NCBI RefSeq assembly: GCF_902713615.1
Contig: NC_052158.1
Span: 11,962,546 to 12,026,545, forward strand
DNA from: Scyliorhinus canicula
Lineage: Eukaryota
Reading direction: 5' to 3'
Length of the DNA stretch: 64,000 nucleotides
Shown: positions 49,229-61,237 of the stretch, one piece after another
Layout of the letters: each line of letters begins with the position of its first letter
How positions within the stretch are numbered: position 1 is the stretch's first letter
Program-made: the position numbers and the translations under genes
Notes under the pieces: generated by a model
The model's input: the letters and a program-made list of their open reading frames with translations, nothing else
Databases searched by the model: none
Told to the model about the DNA's origin: nothing

Positions 49229-50732
49229 GTCACCCATAATCACAGATGTTCCTTTATCACCTGCATCTCTGATTTCCTGTCTAATGCTATTGCCAACATT
49301 ACCTGCAGTTTGGTGGTATGTATACCACACGCACAAATGTTTTTTGCCCCTTGATGTTTCTTAACTTGACCCAGACAGATTCCACTCCATATCACCTGTA
49401 CCAATACCTTTCCTCAATATTGTATCAATATCTTCTTTAATCAACAATGCAAATCCACCTTTTCCTTTCTGTCTGTCACTCCTCAAAACTAAATAGCCCG
49501 CAATGTTTAATTCCATCCTTGCTCAACTTGGAGCCACGTCTTCGTAATCGCAACTTTATCATATCCCTTTACATCTATTTGCACAACTAATTCATCCATT
49601 TTATTTTGAATGCACATTCAAGTACAAAACCTTAAGGCTAGTCCTTTTATCGTTCCTTGTCCTGTCCCTCCTATTTTTTTTACAGTGCCGTTATCTGATA
49701 CAGGCCCGGGATTTCTCTGTCTATCACTTTTCTTACTCTCCTTTCTGTCTTTTTCTCTTGTTCTTAATTCTCCCTGCGCTGAATCCTTACATAGGTTGCC
49801 ATGCCACATTAGTTTAAACCCTCCACAACCGCTGTAGCAAGTACCCGCCCCCTCCCCGCAAGGACATCAGTCCCAGTCCTGCCCAGGTATAACCCGTCCA
49901 GTTTGTATAGGTCCCACCTCCCTTAGAACTGATCCAAAGGCCCCAGGAATCTGAAACCCTCCCCCTCACACCATTTCTTCAGTCACGTATTCATCCTACT
50001 TTCCCACTCTGACTAGCATGTGGCTTAGGTGGTAATCCTGAGGTCACTACCTTTTGAGGTTCGACTTCTCAACTTTCTTCCTAACTCCCTATATTCTGTT
50101 TTCAGGACATCCCTTTTTTGCCTCTGTCATTGGTACCGATGTGCACCACAACCACTGGCTGTTCATCCTCCCCTCCAGAATGTTCTGTATCCGCTCAGAG
50201 ACATCCTTGACCCTAGCACCAGGGAGGCAACATACCACTCTGGAATATTGTTTGTGGCTACAAAAACACCCATCTATTCCCCTTACAATTGAATGCCCTT
50301 TAACTATTGCATTCCCACACTTTTTACTCCTACCCTCTGCAGCAGAACCAACCATAGTGCAGCAAATTTGGCTGTTGCTGCTTTCTCTCAACAGTATCCA
50401 AAACGGTACATCTGTTTTGCAGGAGAATCACCACAGGAGACTCCTGCACACTCTTGCTCTGCCTGGTGGTCACTCATTCCCTCCCTGCCTGTGGAGTCTG
50501 AGGCTGTGGTGTGACCATCTCTCTGCCTCACGGACGTTCCACAGTGCCCCCAGCTGCAGCTTGAGCTCTGAAACTCAGCGTTCCAGGAGCTGTAGCTGGA
50601 GACACTTCCTGCACAAGTGCTGGTCCCAGGCACTGGAAAATTTCCCAGCCTCCTACATGGGGCAAGAAGAGCAAACCAAGGCTTTGAGTTCTCCTGCCAT
50701 GACGTATCCTTTTCAATTAAAGCTTTGGAAGA

Positions 50733-51430
50733 GTGGCGGCATGGTGGCACAGTGCTTAGCACTGCTGTCTCATGGTGTTGAGAACCCGGGTTCGGCTCCG
50801 GGTCACTGTCTATGTGCAGTTTGCACATTCTCCCCGTGTATGCGTGGGTGTTGCCCCCATAACCCAAAAATGTGCAGGATAGGTGGATTGCTCATGCTAA
50901 ATTTGCTAGAAACTGCAGACTGTGGTGAACTCAGCCCAACGCATCACACAAAAATGCCACCCCCACATTGATTCTGTAGACACCTCTCACTGCCTCAGGA
51001 AGCCAGACAGCATTATCAGAGACCCCTTCCACCCAGGCATTGCTTTCTTCCAGACCTTTCCATCAGGCAGAAGGTACAGAAGTCTGAAGACTCGCACATC
51101 CAGACATAGACAACAGCTTCTTTCCCACAGCTACTAGACTCCTCAATGCCTCTCCCTCAGACTGATCTGTTCCCTGCAAGAACACTATTCACGGCGCCCT
51201 ATGCTGCTCTTGCTCGTGTATTTGCTTTGTTTGGCCCCTTGTTCTCCATTGTGACCAATCACTGTTTTGTCGATGTACCATTTGTCAATGGTCCCAGTTG
51301 ATTATTCTTGTGTCTGCTATGTACGTACTGTGTACGTTTCTCGGCCGCAGAAAAATACTTTTCACTGTACTTCAGTACATGTAACAATAAATCAAATCAA
51401 ATTGCCCCTTAATTGTAAAATGTTTTAATA
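50733..51430 (+). mobile_element. Short V-SINE (TSD ctttggaaga) interrupted by Rex1
   Basis: Core gctaaatt|gcccctt split by the insert. Confidence 0.8.
50904..51398 (+). mobile_element. 5'-truncated Rex1/Babar retrotransposon
   Basis: KLQTVVNSAQRI..IIRDPFHPG..FQTFPSGRRYRSLKTRTSR..SFFP.A.RLLN; tail (aaatc)n. Confidence 0.88.
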
Positions 51431-51837
51431 CTTTGGAAGAAGTTTGATATTCAATTAAATCCAATTCTCTATGGCCCTTCTTTGCTCTTCCTCATCACTA
51501 TCTGTTATAGCCCTTACAGATTATAATCCGCATCATTTATTTCCAAACTATAATTGATGAAAGTTGCAAAGACTCATTGACCTTGCCACTACTTACCAAA
51601 CAGCTCTCCCCATTGTATCCTCAGCTGCAGCAGGGCCAGATCATTTGCTGAAGATTTAAAAGTTACATAGCAAGGTGAAAAAAACAAAGAGCACCTCTTC
51701 CCAAGCTGTAACCGAATCCCCACTCTGCTTCAGATTCCCAAGGTTAAAACTCTCTCTGTCTGTGGTCTCACTCCGGATGTGACCTCTCTCCACTGCTCAT
51801 GCGCTAAGGTCACTTAGCTCTTTACTGAAAGCTCTTT

Positions 51838-52156
51838 ACTAGCACAATGTGTTAAACAGCTGGCTTGCAATGAAATGAATGAAATGAAATGAAAATCGCT
51901 TATTGTCACGAGTAGGCTTCAATGAAGTTACTGTGAAAAGCCCCTAGTCGCCACATTCCGGCGCCTGTCCGGGGAGGCTGATACGGGAATCGAACCGTGC
52001 TGCTGGCCTGCTTGGTCTGCTTTAAAAGCCAGCGATGAAGCAGCGCGGGTTCAATTACTGTACCGGCCTCCCCGAACAGACGCTGGAATGTGGCGACAAG
52101 GGGCTTTTCACAGTAACTTCATTGAAGCCTACTTGTGACAATAAGAGATTATTATC
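51838..52156. mobile_element. Two Rex-tail SINEs, one inserted inverted within the other
   Basis: Minus copy at about 51875-52035 inside a plus copy; tails are reverse complements. Confidence 0.75.
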
Positions 52157-52498
52157 ATAGAATCTACAGTGCAGAAGAAGGCCATTCAGTCCATTGAGAC
52201 TGCACCGGCTCTTGGAAAGAGCACCCCATCCAAGGTCAACACCTCCACCCTATCCCCATAACCCAGTAACTCCACCCAAAACTAAGGGCAATTTTGGACA
52301 CTAAGGGCAATTTATCATGGCCAATCCACCTAACCTGCACATCTTTAGACTGTGGGAGGAAACCAGAGCACCCGGAGGAAACCCACGCACACACGGGAAG
52401 GATGTGAAGACTCCGCACAGTGACCCAAGTCGGAATCGGACCTGGGACCCTGGAGCTGTGAAGCAATTGTGCTATCCACAATGCTACCGTGCTGCCCG
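52157..52498 (-). mobile_element. V-SINE
   Basis: Head, core and tail. Confidence 0.88.
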
Positions 52499-53879
52499 TG
52501 CTAATTATAATTATATTATTATTATTAAATAGAGCTGAGATTGTCTGAAATGATTCACACACCATCAAGTTGAATGCTCTGACAAGTTGTTAAACCAGGT
52601 GTGACTGGAGAAATCTGTGCCAAGGTTTGTGCTTTGTGTGGATCCAATGGAATCACCTCTGTAGTAGGTTTATGGTTGAGTCAGTCAGCCTGGTTATTCC
52701 CATCATCCTTTTCACTAACTCCTGCTGCAGATATATCTTCACCCCACAAGTAGCCATTTGTCGTGGAATCTTACCAGCAATTTCACAAATCGTTCCGAGT
52801 GGTGGGTGAGTGGTTTCCATTCTGCTGTGGAGAAGTCATGTTTTTACTGGAGAGGTAGGTTTTCCATGCGGGAATTACAATCAAAGCAATTGTCAGAATA
52901 GATGACAATTTTATTCATAATGGTTTGAAGGGCTGTGACCATAAGAATTGGCTCAGCTTTCTGGACCTAATAATGCAGTGGGAATTTAATGAAAATTCTC
53001 CAATCATCATGTGAAACCCAATGAGGCAGCATGAATCCGATACTTGTTCAATGGGAGCCATCTACATTAACCCCGAGTTTAACAGTAATGTGACAACCGG
53101 ACATGGCCTCTTCTACCTTGTAGCTATGTGGTGGTGCTTCATACTGCAAGCCAATTAATAGTTTTGAGATTGCAAGGTGGGAATATCTTTGCTTTGTCAC
53201 TCCATGATTCAAGAACCCAATCACACTGGGGATACCACTTTAACATGATCCTTTATTAACAATGCTGCATAGATATGTGGTATGTGTCAAATTATTAAAT
53301 TGACACTAGATGCACTCTACCTACACAAAATGAATGATTGGACCTGCGTAGTGTACTGGTTGATTATTCCTTCCCCGCGGTGAGTGTGTAAGAAATAACC
53401 AACCAAAACAACTTTTCCATCCATCTCGTCCTACAGCAGATACCAATCATTCTGACAATGTCCGAAGGAATTGGGGGCTGGATCAATGGATCTTTCAAAG
53501 AATCACCACAGGCATGTTGGGCTGAATGGTTCTATATGTGCTGTTTCATTCTATAAAATAATGAATGTGCAGGGTTTGCGGGGGTGTAGAGAGAAAGGGA
53601 ACCAATGAATGTAGAAGGGAACCCACCCAGAATCCGCTTCAGAGGAGGAGAAGCACAACATTAACAGCTTTATTCTGTACCCCTGCCACCAATTTACCTA
53701 CTCTAGGGAAAGTGCAAAGGAAGCTTGGAAAATTTAGGAAACATTTCTTGACAAATGGAATTTTCTTACAAAAAGCAGTCAATCCTCAATGAATAATGTT
53801 GGTCTGATTATGAGTTCTTCCCATTGTTCCACTGTGTCTCCTCTTGGATTGGATCAACATGTCTATCTTATTCTTATTT

Positions 53880-54640
53880 ACTTAACTGTTGTTAAAGAAT
53901 CACTTGCATAGGTTTCTCTTCTCTGGTGTCCCTTAATGATCTATCCTTGGACCTCTTATTTCTCACCCACTTTCTGCCCCTCAGCGACATAATCTAAAAA
54001 TACAGCGCAAGTTTTCACATGTATGCTGATGACCCTCCACCTCCTAACCACCATGTCTCTCCAACCTCCACTGATTCCATGTTATCATATACAGTGCTGG
54101 GTGAAATTCCCTCCAATTAAAAAATGGGAAGACTGAAGCCATTGTCTTTGATCCCTGCTGCAAACAACAGGATACTGACACCATCTCTCACTCTGGCAAC
54201 TGTTTGAAACTGAAGACTTCACAAATTTGGTGTTATATTTGACCCCAAGATGAACTGCCAAACACTTACCTGTGACATCACTAAGACCACCTATTTCCAA
54301 ACTAGTAACATTGCCTGACTCCCCACCTGCCTCACAGTATTTGCTGTTGGAATATTCTTTAATGCCTCTGTGACCTCCAGACTAGACTCCTCCAATTAAT
54401 TCTTGGTTGTTCTTGCACATTCCACCATCAGTAAACTTGAGGTCATGCAAGATTCTGAGCCTGTCTCTTAACTCGCATCAGCTCCTGCTACCTATCATCA
54501 CCGTGTTTGCTGACCAGTATTAGCTCCTGGCCAAATAATATCTTGATTTAAAAAATTCTTATAGTTGTTTTCAAATCCCTTCATGGTCGTCACTCCCTAT
54601 CTCTGTAATCTTCTCCAACTCCTGAACCTTCTGTGGTAAT
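53880..54640 (+). mobile_element. Ancient L2 LINE RT fragment
   Basis: SGVP..SILGPLI, FHMYADD, NLGVIFDP, SRLD.SN. Confidence 0.75.
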
Positions 54641-54839
54641 CCCTAATCTAATCTAATACCTTTCATATGGGACAGTTACCTGATTTTCTTTTATAATTGC
54701 TCCTGTAGCAAACCTTGTGATGTTTAATTATATTTAGATTTACATTTGTCACGTGTACAGAGGTACAGTGAGAAGTGCTGTTTTGCATACATTCCAGGCA
54801 GATCACTCTTAAAGATACTGGATAAATACAGGTTGTTGT

Positions 54840-56620
54840 GAGGAAGATAGGAGATAGACAAACCATTTGACCATTTGTGTTTGCTCCAACATTCAGTAAA
54901 ATCTTGACTGATGTGGTTGTGGTATCGGCTCCACTTTCCTGCCTACCTCCTTAACCCTCAACTCCCTTGCCCAGGAAAAATCTGTCGAACCCTGCTTTAA
55001 ATAAATTCAAAGACCCAACCTCTCCTTTCTGAGGAAGAGAATTCCAAGGATACGGCACGGTAGTACAGTGGTTAGCACAGTTGCTTCACAGCTCCAGAGT
55101 CCCAGGTTCGATTCCCGGAGTCTGCACGTTCTCCCCGTGTCTTCGTGGCTTTCCTCCGGGTGCTCCGGTTTCCTCCCACAGATGTGCAGGTTAGGTGAAT
55201 TGGCCAAGATAAATTGTTAGGTGGGGTTACTGGTTTACGGGGATAGGGTGGTGGTGTGGGCTTAAGTGGGATACTCTTTCCAGGAGCTGGTGCAGACTCG
55301 ATAGCCGAATGGCCTCCTTCTGCACTGTAAATTTTATGATACTCAAGGAGATAAAAGTTTATTCTCTTAAAAATGAATCCTATTTTAAACTGTGGCCCCA
55401 CACAAGAAACATCCTCTGGGTATCCACCCTATAAAATCCTGTGGTGACTTAATATATAATTCTCTATACTCCCAAGGATTTTGATCTAACCTGTTCAACC
55501 TTTCATCATATGTAAGACAACTCCTAAATCCCGGAATAAGGTGAGTGAATCTTAGCAGAACTGCACACAGTAATCCAGATGTGGTCTCTCTAAGGCCACA
55601 GCCATCGTAAAACTTCACAAATGTTTTATTTAATTCTTCTTGCAATAAATGTCAAAATTCCATTTGTCCTCTGACTCGCTTGCTGATCCTCCATACTAAA
55701 ATGTGGTGATTCATATACCAGGACACCTGGAAAACACTGTGCACCAAGTTCTGCAATCTTTCTCCATTGGAACAATATGCTGCTTTTCTATTCTTCCCGA
55801 CAAAAGTGAACAAGTTCACATTTACTCTCGGTCATTTTTTCAGCCACTCGTTTAGCCTGTCTATATCCCATTACAGGACCCCAGCTCCTCGTCAACTTCC
55901 TTTCATACCTGCCTGGTGTTTCTGGCAAATCTATTGGCAAGTCATTTGTATAGATTGTAAATGGCTGAGGACCCTGCATTGATCCCTGTGACACTCCATT
56001 AATTACAATTTACCAATCTGGAAAAGACCCATTTATGTAGACGCTCATGCTCTGGAGCGGGTACAAAGGAGATTCAATAGGATGGTACCTGGGATGGAGC
56101 TTATGAGCTAAATGGAGAGATTGGATAGTCTTGGATTATTTTATTTGGAGCAGAGAAGGCACCAGGGGTACGATTGAGGTGTATAAGATTGAGGGATTTT
56201 GACAGGGTAAATAGGAAGCAACTGTTCCCCTTGGTTGAGGGATCAATCACAAGGGGGCATAGATTTATGGTAAGGGGATTCGAGAAAAATAATTTTCACA
56301 CAGAAGATGGTGATAATCTAGAATGCACTTCCCAGGGAGGTAAAGGAGGCTGGAAACTTCACAACCTTAAGCACTTGCATGACTACTTGAAAGAACATTG
56401 CAGTCCAGGATATGGGACAAGTGCTGGTAAAGTGGGATTAGTGTGAGATTTGGGATAGCAGTCTTGATGGCTGAAGGGCCTTTTCTGCGCTGTATGATTC
56501 TACTTCCTGTTAGCCAACCAATCATTTACCCATATCAAAAAGTTACCCCCTACACCATGTGCATTTTATGCAGTAACCTCTGATGTGGGACCTTATTGCT
56601 ATTTGGATATCCAAGTACAC
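54840..56620. mobile_element. CR1 fragments (minus 54840-56040 and 56500-56620; plus 56042-56500) with a V-SINE at 55053-55340
   Basis: SQGSMQGPQPFTIYTNDL; ALERVQRRFNRMVPG. Confidence 0.75.
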
Positions 56621-58068
56621 AACCACCAGAATGTTGAATTCCTTACTGATCCAAGACTTTAATTTGACTTGTTGTCTTATATTGATGGCTTATAGTTTTT
56701 ATCTCTCACACAAATAGAAACTGCCTGTGTCTACCCTATCAAACCTTTTTAGCATTTTTACCTCTGAACTTTCACCTTTCATCAGTAATGGGTCTCGGCT
56801 GTTCCTCATCTCATTGCACATATAATCTTGCATAAGACCATGTATCCTTTTTGTGTCTGATTAACTTATTTAATATTTTCCTTGAATTTTTAATGTGCGA
56901 CTGTCATTCATAAACTTAACTTCATTTCTAATTTATGAATCTCATTGCAAAATATTAAATCAAAGTAATCATTATTTCTGCCACTTTGCTATCTGTGGTT
57001 TTTTCCTGTTCTTACCTTCATCTTATTCCTAGCCTGACTTATTTTTATTGAATATTTAACATTTTCATGTAAACTCAATTTCATGGTTCCTCTTTTTTGA
57101 CCTTCTTAATCTCTTCTCATTCTCTCTCCTGCCGTCCATGTACTTAGTTTCGCCTCTCTCCTCACCCTTATTCTTTTCTCGTGTCTTCATTTCTCCATGG
57201 TACTCATTGGAGTTGTATTTGATTTGATTATTTAGCAGAATATTTTTTTCCTTGTTCAATGTACATTATTCTTATCCAATGTCACGATCCATTTTATTTT
57301 TCCAAACTTCCATTCCGAGCCTCTCAATCTTTGCCTCCCTCCAATCTGTTACCCGAGTCTTCCTCATGCCTTTGACGTTCTCCATTATTAATTTAAAGCA
57401 CATTGAGATTGTCACTTACGCCTGCATGCTCCCTGAATTTTATTTCTCTTGCCCACTCTGTTGAAAATCCCCATGGTTATTTTTCCATTTTCTTTTGAAA
57501 CTAACTTCCTTAATTTACCTGTATGTTTCTTCCTCACCTCCCTCCCATTGTTAGATTGTAGAGTATACCTATTTGTATGATTGCTCCTTTATTATATTTC
57601 ATTCTTATCTACATTGTTTAATTTGATGGATTTGTTGATAATATTGTTTAAGTACAAATAAATTACATCCTCATTTTTTCCTTCATGATCTTTCCTAAGT
57701 ATATTACACCTTAAATTCGCAGTTGTGATTTTTTTTTTTTGCAGAAATGAATCGAGTGCCTACTCTATCTGATTCCTCGTAACATATAATTGCCTCCAGT
57801 AGCTGTTTCAGTACAGACTCTGATCCAGCAATATAATTCAACGATGAATTCCAGGCACTTCATAATTCCTCAAATCAACTTGCCCTGTCACCGATAAATA
57901 CTAGAAACTGTATTTAAAGGAAAGCCGATTACTTTTATTTTTCAATTTATACAGAATATCAAACTCTAGCCTAGGTTATAGGTGTTATTCACTTCAGTCA
58001 AAACAATCCCCATGGTCCAGTCCTGAATATGATTCGGAGCAGTGATAACAGCAGAATCCAAAATGCAG

Positions 58069-58659
58069 TCACTTGTGAACTCTGCCGTGTCTCTGCAGGT
58101 TGGATAGAAAAGTGAATCTCATCCCACACACCGAGCAAGTGAATGGCCTCTCTCCAGTATGAACTCCCTGGTGTATCAACAGATTTGATGATCGAGTGAA
58201 TCCCTTCCCACACTCCGAGCAGGTGAATGGCCTCTCCCCAGTGTGAATGTGTTGATGTGTCAGCAATTCCCTTTTGGATTTAAAGCTTTTCTCACAGTCA
58301 GAACATTTAAAAGGTCTCTTATCGGTATGAACACGTTGGTGGTCAACAAGGGTGGATGAATTAGTGAATGCCTTTCCACACAGAGAGCAGATGAATGGCC
58401 TCTCCCCAGTGTGAATGCGTTGGTGCCTAATCACATCATGTCTTCTTTTAAAGCTCTTCCCACAATCGGAACATTTAAAAGGTCTCTTATCAGAGTGAAC
58501 CCGTTGGTGTTCAATGAGATGAGAGTACTGACTGAATCCTTTCTCGCAGAAGGAGCAGATGAACGGCCTCTCCCCGGTGTGAATGCGCTGATGAGTTTCC
58601 AGCTCACATGGGTAACTGAATGCCTTCCCACAGTCCCCACATTTCCACGGTTTCTCCAT
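58069..58659 (-). CDS. C2H2 zinc-finger protein ZNF-2, 7 tandem fingers, about 196 aa (MEKPWKCGDCGK...)
   Basis: 7 intact fingers; in-frame stop upstream of the ATG at 58659; probable acceptor ttccag|G at 58995. Confidence 0.88.
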   Translation of the reverse strand: MEKPWKCGDCGKAFSYPCELETHQRIHTGERPFICSFCEKGFSQYSHLIEHQRVHSDKRPFKCSDCGKSFKRRHDVIRHQRIHTGERPFICSLCGKAFTNSSTLVDHQRVHTDKRPFKCSDCEKSFKSKRELLTHQHIHTGERPFTCSECGKGFTRSSNLLIHQGVHTGERPFTCSVCGMRFTFLSNLQRHGRVHK

Positions 58660-59434
58660 AGTGTGAGTGTCCTTGTGACTATGATAGTTAAAGTCTTGGC
58701 CACTCACGGAACACACGTATGCTTTTTACCCAATGTGGATAGTATTGTGGTTTTGGAGGCTGGGATTCTCACTCATTCCACAGTCAATGCAGTAGAACAC
58801 TCACGTGTGTATGTTCAGGTGTTTTTACAGTCAGACTGATATTTGAAATAATTTCCCACACACAGGATAGACATTTCTCCTTCGACTTTTCAAAGATCAA
58901 TGATATCTAGGTCCTGCTGAATCGATTGACTTTGTTAGATCTTGGATATATTTGGTTTGAGAGTCTGCTTGGTAAAATCCTCCCCTTCGAATACCCTGGA
59001 AAGAAGTTTACAAAAGTAATCACTTTTAGTATAAGGGAGATATTGAGAACAGACAAATCTAGTTTCAATGGAACAATATTTCCTCTGCTGTTTACGAAAG
59101 GCTGTTTAATCTTCATCCCATATACTGTCCCTCCTCCCTGTGCTGAAATCTTAAACAATGGCACTATCTGCACCAGTTCACGCTCCATCCTTTGCTCTAC
59201 TCTGGGCTATGTTCAGTATTCCAGCTCTTGAGGTCAGATGAGGATGAAATCAAGGAATGCATGATCTTCTGCTGAGCTGAAATCTCCCCTTCCTGTAACA
59301 GTTTTCAAAACCCATCACTGTCAGTCCAGTATAGAAATTCACAACATTCTCTTCTGCTGGCTCAAGACAATCGTACATAAGTACATCCTGAATGTCAACT
59401 CCCCCCTGCTCCACCTGACGCACATCATTTCAAC

Positions 59435-59655
59435 GTAAAGTAATTTAAGTAAAGCCACCATTGTCCCAGATGATCGTAGGCTGCTTGTTCCATTGAAGGG
59501 GAGAGCTGACTGGTGATTATTTAACCCGAGGATCACCACTCCCCAGTTGATGAGGGGCATGTTGAGAAGCCGGTACAGAAATTGAATCTGCACTATTGGC
59601 CTCAGCCTGCATCCCAAAACCAGCTGTCGAGCCAACTGAGCTAACCCAGCCCACA
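59435..59655 (-). mobile_element. tRNA-derived SINE with the same head as 17476 but a different tail
   Basis: gggctgggttagctcagttgg..cagctgg..ttcaatttctgtaccggc, then unrelated tail ..gggacaatggtggctttac. Confidence 0.65.
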
Positions 59656-59674
59656 TCTCAAATGTACCAAGAGG

Positions 59675-60090
59675 ATAAAAACGGCTGCTGGAATCTGAAA
59701 AAACCCCAGAAAATACTGGACAAACTTAGCAGATCTGACATCTGTGGAGAGAGGACAGAGATGATGTCTCGAGACTGGATGACCTTTGAAAATAGGATGT
59801 TATTTATACTATTTGGGAGGAGGGGGGGGGGTGAATGGTGTGTGATGGGGGGGGGGGGAGTGGCATGGGGGGGGGGGGGAGTGGCATGGGGGGGTTGGTG
59901 AACGCCACGGGGGTGGATAAATGGTCTGCCAGAGGTGGTGAGGGACAAAGATGTTGTGGACAAAAAATGTCAAGGGAATTTCTCGTTCACAGCTTTGACA
60001 AAGGGTCATCCACACTCAAAACGTTAGCCCCATTCTCTCTCCACAGATTGAGTCACTGCTGAGAATGATCCCATTTTCTGTTTTTGATCC
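59675..60090. mobile_element. Penelope-derived inverted pseudo-LTR remnant
   Basis: atctgtggagagag..gatgacctttg is the reverse complement of caaagggtcatc..ctctctccacagat; decayed TGA..AAAC hammerhead-like core. Confidence 0.65.
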
Positions 60091-60149
60091 CTATGTACCA
60101 AGTGGCTTCTCTCCCGCAGTTGGGAAGGCCCTGAAGCCCAACCCATTCA

Positions 60150-60510
60150 CTGCTCCTGCACCAAGATGGCTGCCGAGCGACCCTTTCCCTCCTCTTCCAA
60201 GATGGTGGCCGCTAACACGGGCCTGTTCCAGGAACAAAGACCTAGAGCTGTAAATGCTGGACCTGTAGGGCAACAACCTGATTTACGGCCGCCACGAAAC
60301 GTTTCCGGCGTATCCCTGTCCATCCGCCGGTGGTATCGCTCCCTCCGGCCCTGCCTGCTCCCCGTTGCCGACTGCAGCCCAAACAAACAAACAAGCCGCT
60401 GCTCCGTCGCTACCACTTATCCTGCGCATGCTCCAAACACTTCCCGCCCCAACGCCTGCGCACTGCCCTCTGACGTAACCAAATGACATTCTTGACCGCG
60501 CGGGATGTTG
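60150..60510 (-). promoter_or_regulatory. CpG-rich promoter of ZNF-2
   Basis: CpG-dense; two CAAGATGG (YY1-like) motifs, TGCGCATGC (NRF1-like), TGACGTAA (ATF/CRE-like); motif orientation mirrors the ZNF-1 promoter. Confidence 0.65.
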
Positions 60511-60831
60511 GGTAAAATCACTACCTCAGAAATTCCCAATCAGGTTGGAGTGATTTTGAATGACAGAATTGTGACGACACAGAAGGAAGCCATTCGGCCC
60601 ATCCTGTCCCCAACAGATCTGCAAATAAACATCATAACAGAGTGCCATTCATTCCCCTGCTTTTTCCTGTACCGATGCACAAGGTTTCTATTCAAATAAT
60701 CATCGAATGCCCGCTTGAACTCCTTGATTGCACCTGACCACCACACTTTCCAGGCAGTGAATTCCAGATCCTAACCACTCCTTCAGTGAAAATATTTTTT
60801 TCTCACATTATATTTACTTCTCTGTGCAAAT

Positions 60832-61152
60832 CATAGAATCCCTACAGTGCAGAAGGAGGTCATTCGGCCCATCGAGTCTGCACCAATTCTTCAAATGAAC
60901 ACTTTACCCATGTCCACTCCCCCATCATCCCTTAACCCCATAACCTAACTTGCACTTCCCGGGACACTAAGTAGCAATTTAGCATGGTCAATCCACCTAA
61001 CCCGCATATCTTGGGACTGTGGGAGGAAACTGGAGGAAACTTGCGCATACACTGGGAGAATATACAAACTTCACACAGACAGTGACCCAAGGCTGGAATT
61101 GAACCCGGGTCCCTGCTGCTGAGGGCAGTGCTGACCATTGTGCCACCATGCC
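60832..61152 (-). mobile_element. V-SINE within a CR1 3' fragment (about 60570-61230)
   Basis: Head, core and tail. Confidence 0.82.
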
Positions 61153-61237
61153 AACGCTTAATCACTTTAAGTCTGTCCCCTCTCGGTCTTTATATTTTTA
61201 CAAGGGGGACCAGACTTTCTCCCAACTGTCTGTCTGA

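Larger units (their letters stand above)
46258..51810 (-). mobile_element. Older near full-length CR1 (its 3' tail at about 41492-41670), with nested inserts
   Basis: HLCRKCLQLQLL (ORF1), CCLPGARVKDVSER (esterase), IDDFNL, EEEFLECI.D.FL.Q; sequence continues across the 41671-46257 insert. Confidence 0.85.

Noticed and set aside
50054-50971. 305-aa plus-strand ORF
   Set aside because: Antisense to CR1 ORF1 and runs through a SINE and Rex1; a chance open frame.
57050-57720. AT-rich minus-strand stretch with a GDF-like motif (ancient LINE endonuclease?)
   Set aside because: A single weak motif; not supportable.
59170-59295. Possible KRAB-like or effector exon upstream of ZNF-2 (acceptor ttacag|G at 59292)
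   Set aside because: No KRAB/SCAN motif, and in-frame stops downstream prevent fusion; at most a UTR exon.
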